Origin: Utricularia gibba
Lineage: Eukaryota; Plantae; Magnoliophyta
DNA: 64,000 nucleotides
Direction of reading: 5' to 3'
Assembly: GCA_002189035.1 (NCBI GenBank)
Contig: NEEC01000016.1
Location: forward strand, 2,170,001 to 2,234,000
This document shows positions 60,801 to 64,000 of this stretch, piece by piece. The notes beneath the pieces were generated by a model. It saw nothing but the letters and a program-made list of their open reading frames with translations, did not search any database and had not been told where the DNA came from. Made by a program: the position numbers and the translations under genes. Within the stretch, counting starts at the first letter, position 1. The number at the start of each line of letters is the position of its first letter.

Positions 60801-61439
60801 ATGGTAATTACATATAACTTCAAAGAACTCTTGACCTATTTCAAGGAATATCATTTGACTTTGGATTTCAATATCTCTTCATCGCTTTTATCTTTGTAAG
60901 TGGAAAGATTTGGAGAATTTATTATGAAAATTGTATTCAAGTAAAAACTCAAATGTGATAGAAGTAAACAATTGATGAAGCTAGTAAATATCAATAAGAT
61001 TTATGAGATTAAATATCCTTTTCTAAAAATAAACATCTAAATTGAAAAAATTCTTTTTTCAAAATACAAAATTTCAAAGGTTAAGATCCAAAGTATAAAA
61101 TTCAACTCATGCTCCTCTCCAAATGGAAAACATCCAAAGCGCATATGAATAAATAAAGTACAATAAATGCAAGAACTGAAATCCGTAAATCACAAAATTA
61201 CAACTGAGCAGCACATTGAACTTTTTGAGGCTAAAGAGAATAACTAGCATTTATCATTCAATGCATTATCATATCTCAATGTATCCATCTAATACTAGCA
61301 AGATACATTAAAAAAGAAAAAAAAGACTTAAAGTTCCATCATATCCCAACATGAAACATATAATAAATAACATAATGCAATTCAAAAGAAAAAAGGATCC
61401 AAAGTTCCATCTGAACCAAAAACCAATCTAATATGTGAG

Positions 61440-61930
61440 GATCCAAAGTTCCACCTAATCTTCCAATTTGGTCTTCATGCCTTGCTTGAATGTCCAGTTT
61501 ATAACTTCGGTCATGCCATTGCTCTATAGGTGATACACTGAGGTAAAATTATGTTTGACCTAATGTCTTTCCATGAAAGTATCCATTTTACCTCTTGCAA
61601 ACTGAGTTTCATTAACCATCACCAATTCACGGGGTATTCCATAATATTCACCCTCCACCGATCAAATGGGTAGAATAGCGATGGAACTGCCAGCTTGTTC
61701 ATTGATTTTCTTGATAAATGTGCATGGTATTAGTATGGCTTGCATTTCTTTATCAAATCAATAATGTCCTACTTCATAGTTGGCCAATAGTATCTGGTCC
61801 TCAATATTTTGCAACACGAGTATGGAGCATCAATATGGGTATCACATTCTCCTTCGTACAAATCTGATATCAGTTGTTGAGACTACTCTTTCTGAATACA
61901 TTTCAGCAAAGGTCCTGATAAACGAAAAAT
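61440..61930 (-). mobile_element. Tat/Ogre/Athila-type Gypsy integrase remnant
   Basis: LYEGECDTHI.A...KILRTRYYWPTMK..I...KKC (H2C2 zinc finger) and YGIPRELV..N.TQF...SNG.TEVIN.T.KQGMKTKLE. Confidence 0.75.
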
Positions 61931-61984
61931 TTGCACATCATTAAAATTGAAAATTCTTCTATCAAATAAAATTTATAAATCTAC

Positions 61985-64000
61985 TACATATTCAAGCATA
62001 ATACAATTATGAGCATAGTGATTAGGATCGAACTCAAGGAGTTGGTGCTTATTATGTGAAAATCAATGCATTCAGTAGATGTCATGATTAAGAGATTTAG
62101 TTTGAGCTTTCTTAATAACATGCAGGAAGGCAGTAAACTAGTAAAAATGAAACTTTATTTGGAATGAGATCAGGTGATGCATTGGGACTTTAAGGGGATG
62201 CATGTTTATCTCTAAAACACTCTCACCTAAATTACAAATCAAACATCTAATAAACAAAGTCTAGGTCAACCCGAACTCTTGTTTTCTCCCTAATCTTTGG
62301 TTTACCTCTAATTAGGGATGTTAAGATGAGTTTCACTATTCCTCCCTCCTATATGTATCCTGATTTGTTGAGGAAGTTGTGTGATTTATGGTTAACAAGG
62401 TTTAAGGATTAATTAGCACACTACTCCCCTTTACCTTAAGGCACCCCTAAATGCTTAGCCACTCATGCTTACGATTAATGCAAATAGAACATAAAACATC
62501 ATCCATGTTGTACTCATGTCAAAATTCAATAATTAGAAAACAAATAAGCATGGATTGTAAAAAGTCCAACAGAAAACTAAAACTATCGCAAGCTACTCTT
62601 AGTTGAGGATAATATTCTTCGTAAACAAAAGACAGTCTTCAGACATGAGCTCTGTTCCTTGAATGTCTTCTTCATTGTTCTTCATGTTAGTTCTTGTGAG
62701 TTTTTTCCAGAATTCCCCCCTTCTAGTGTGTGGCTCGTTCTCCAATGGAGAGATCTTCTTTTTCTCTCTTCATCTTGTCTCATTTTGTGTCCAAAATCCT
62801 CCTTTCTTCTCTCCTTGGATTTTGTGTCATTCTTTTCAACATTTGGTCTCATCCTCTGCCAGTTCATTGTTTATATTTGGCTTCTTGGAATTTGGGTTGC
62901 TGACATATGTTGCATTGGTTAAGGAAACTATTAGGATCAAGGTTGGGACTAAATTTACAATTTAATCCCAACTAGGAATAAAAGTTACAAATGTAATATT
63001 ATTCACAAAAAAACATACAAATAAATAATAAGACTTGAATTTTGTAGCACAATATGACTCATTTTCCTACACTCAAATACTTAAAAATGTGTTATCACAT
63101 TATGCTACAACGACATTAGACTTGTTCTCAAGTCCTAACTAAGACTAACAAGGGCTAAGCAATTGAGGGATTTCCAAACAGAGATATTGGCACTCAACCC
63201 TTCAGCTAAAATGTATGAATTAAGAGTGTGTAAGTGTGCATGTCGGGTTGTCACTCAAGCATATATGATAGTTTCATCAAGAAGAGTGCTTTTGAAGATT
63301 AAATAGGCAAGTATGACACATTTTGACACTTTAAAAGGGCTACTGGTTGCTAACGTTTCTTCCTTCTTCCTTTCTCTTCTTTTTCATTTTTCATCATCAT
63401 TTCTTTTCTCTTTTTTTTCTTCAGAGATTGAGATAGGAGGAAGGTGTGGTTTTGCTCAGATCAATGTTGTTTCTTTTACCTTAAATGCGGAGTGTGGGCT
63501 AAGCACTCCCTTCATTGCTCCTCCTGGAAATTCTCCTGCTCCTCTGAGTTATCCCACAACTTCCTTTCTCTCGTTGCTCTGCTGTCTACACATGCTCTTT
63601 TGTTGTGTGTTGCTTCTCAAGACTAGGGTCTCATCATCTTTTAGGTGATGATGCTTTTGTGACCCCATAATCTTATGAACTTTCATTTCTTAGACAATTA
63701 GTATCCCATCAAAGAACATTGCATACCAAGTTGCATAAGAAAATCTTGAATGCACTAATTTAACTACATTGAACATGCTGCCATCGCATGAAAGTGATCA
63801 AGGTAAAACATATGCTCATGGGTGTATAAAAAGATTATAACAGAATTCATGCATTTTGTGCATCATGGAAGAGTGTCACATTCTTGTAAGAAAATTCCCC
63901 AATAGTACACAAAATGCTCATGTTCATATTACCTATCTACTAACTTGTTCCTAAGTTAGACTAATGCCATAAAATAAAAAAAATAGAAATATAAATAAAA
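61985..64000 (-). repeat. Possible Athila/Ogre-like LTR plus 3' internal region
   Basis: GGATCGAACTCAAGGA resembles the motif in the two Athila LTRs above. A candidate LTR start TGATAACAC lies near 63100 (minus); boundaries are not established. Confidence 0.4.

Noticed and set aside
1-64000. tRNA, rRNA, snRNA genes or a CRISPR array
   Set aside because: No T-loop/B-box GGTTCRANYCC in a cloverleaf context, no rRNA-like conserved blocks, no USE RTCCCACATCG, and no regular repeat-spacer array were seen by eye. A tRNAscan-SE/Infernal run would be needed to exclude snoRNAs in the long introns.

Overview
Plant (angiosperm) nuclear genomic DNA; the species cannot be determined from the sequence. 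Bases 1-35 kb are mostly nested, decayed transposons: a Tekay RT fragment, a 5'-truncated Tat/Retand element with an antisense extra gene, a MULE-type MITE, a full-length old Copia, Athila/Angela/Tekay LTRs and an hAT. They surround an RPL13 pseudogene relic and one intact LRR-III receptor-like pseudokinase. Bases 36-60 kb are a compact gene block: PDV1(+), VPS26(-), CRK(-), SR34a-like(+), RPL9(+), neutral ceramidase(-) and a FAD-dependent oxidoreductase(+), with PIF/Harbinger and Gypsy relics in the AT-rich gaps. Exon structures were worked out by hand from splice sites and frame continuity. Main observations: (1) the antisense ORF of the Retand element reads through three predicted GT-AG introns in frame; (2) patchwork templated filler DNA sits at three nearby deletion junctions; (3) a MULE inserted exactly into the RPL13 stop codon and rebuilt a stop; (4) six single-base deletions, all in G/C runs, break four otherwise conserved genes, most likely assembly errors; (5) two GC-AG introns and two SR-gene splice features; (6) two copies of one LTR lie tail-to-tail as a large inverted repeat that was later interrupted in both arms. 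No tRNA, rRNA or CRISPR array was seen, and I found no clearly new biological system.
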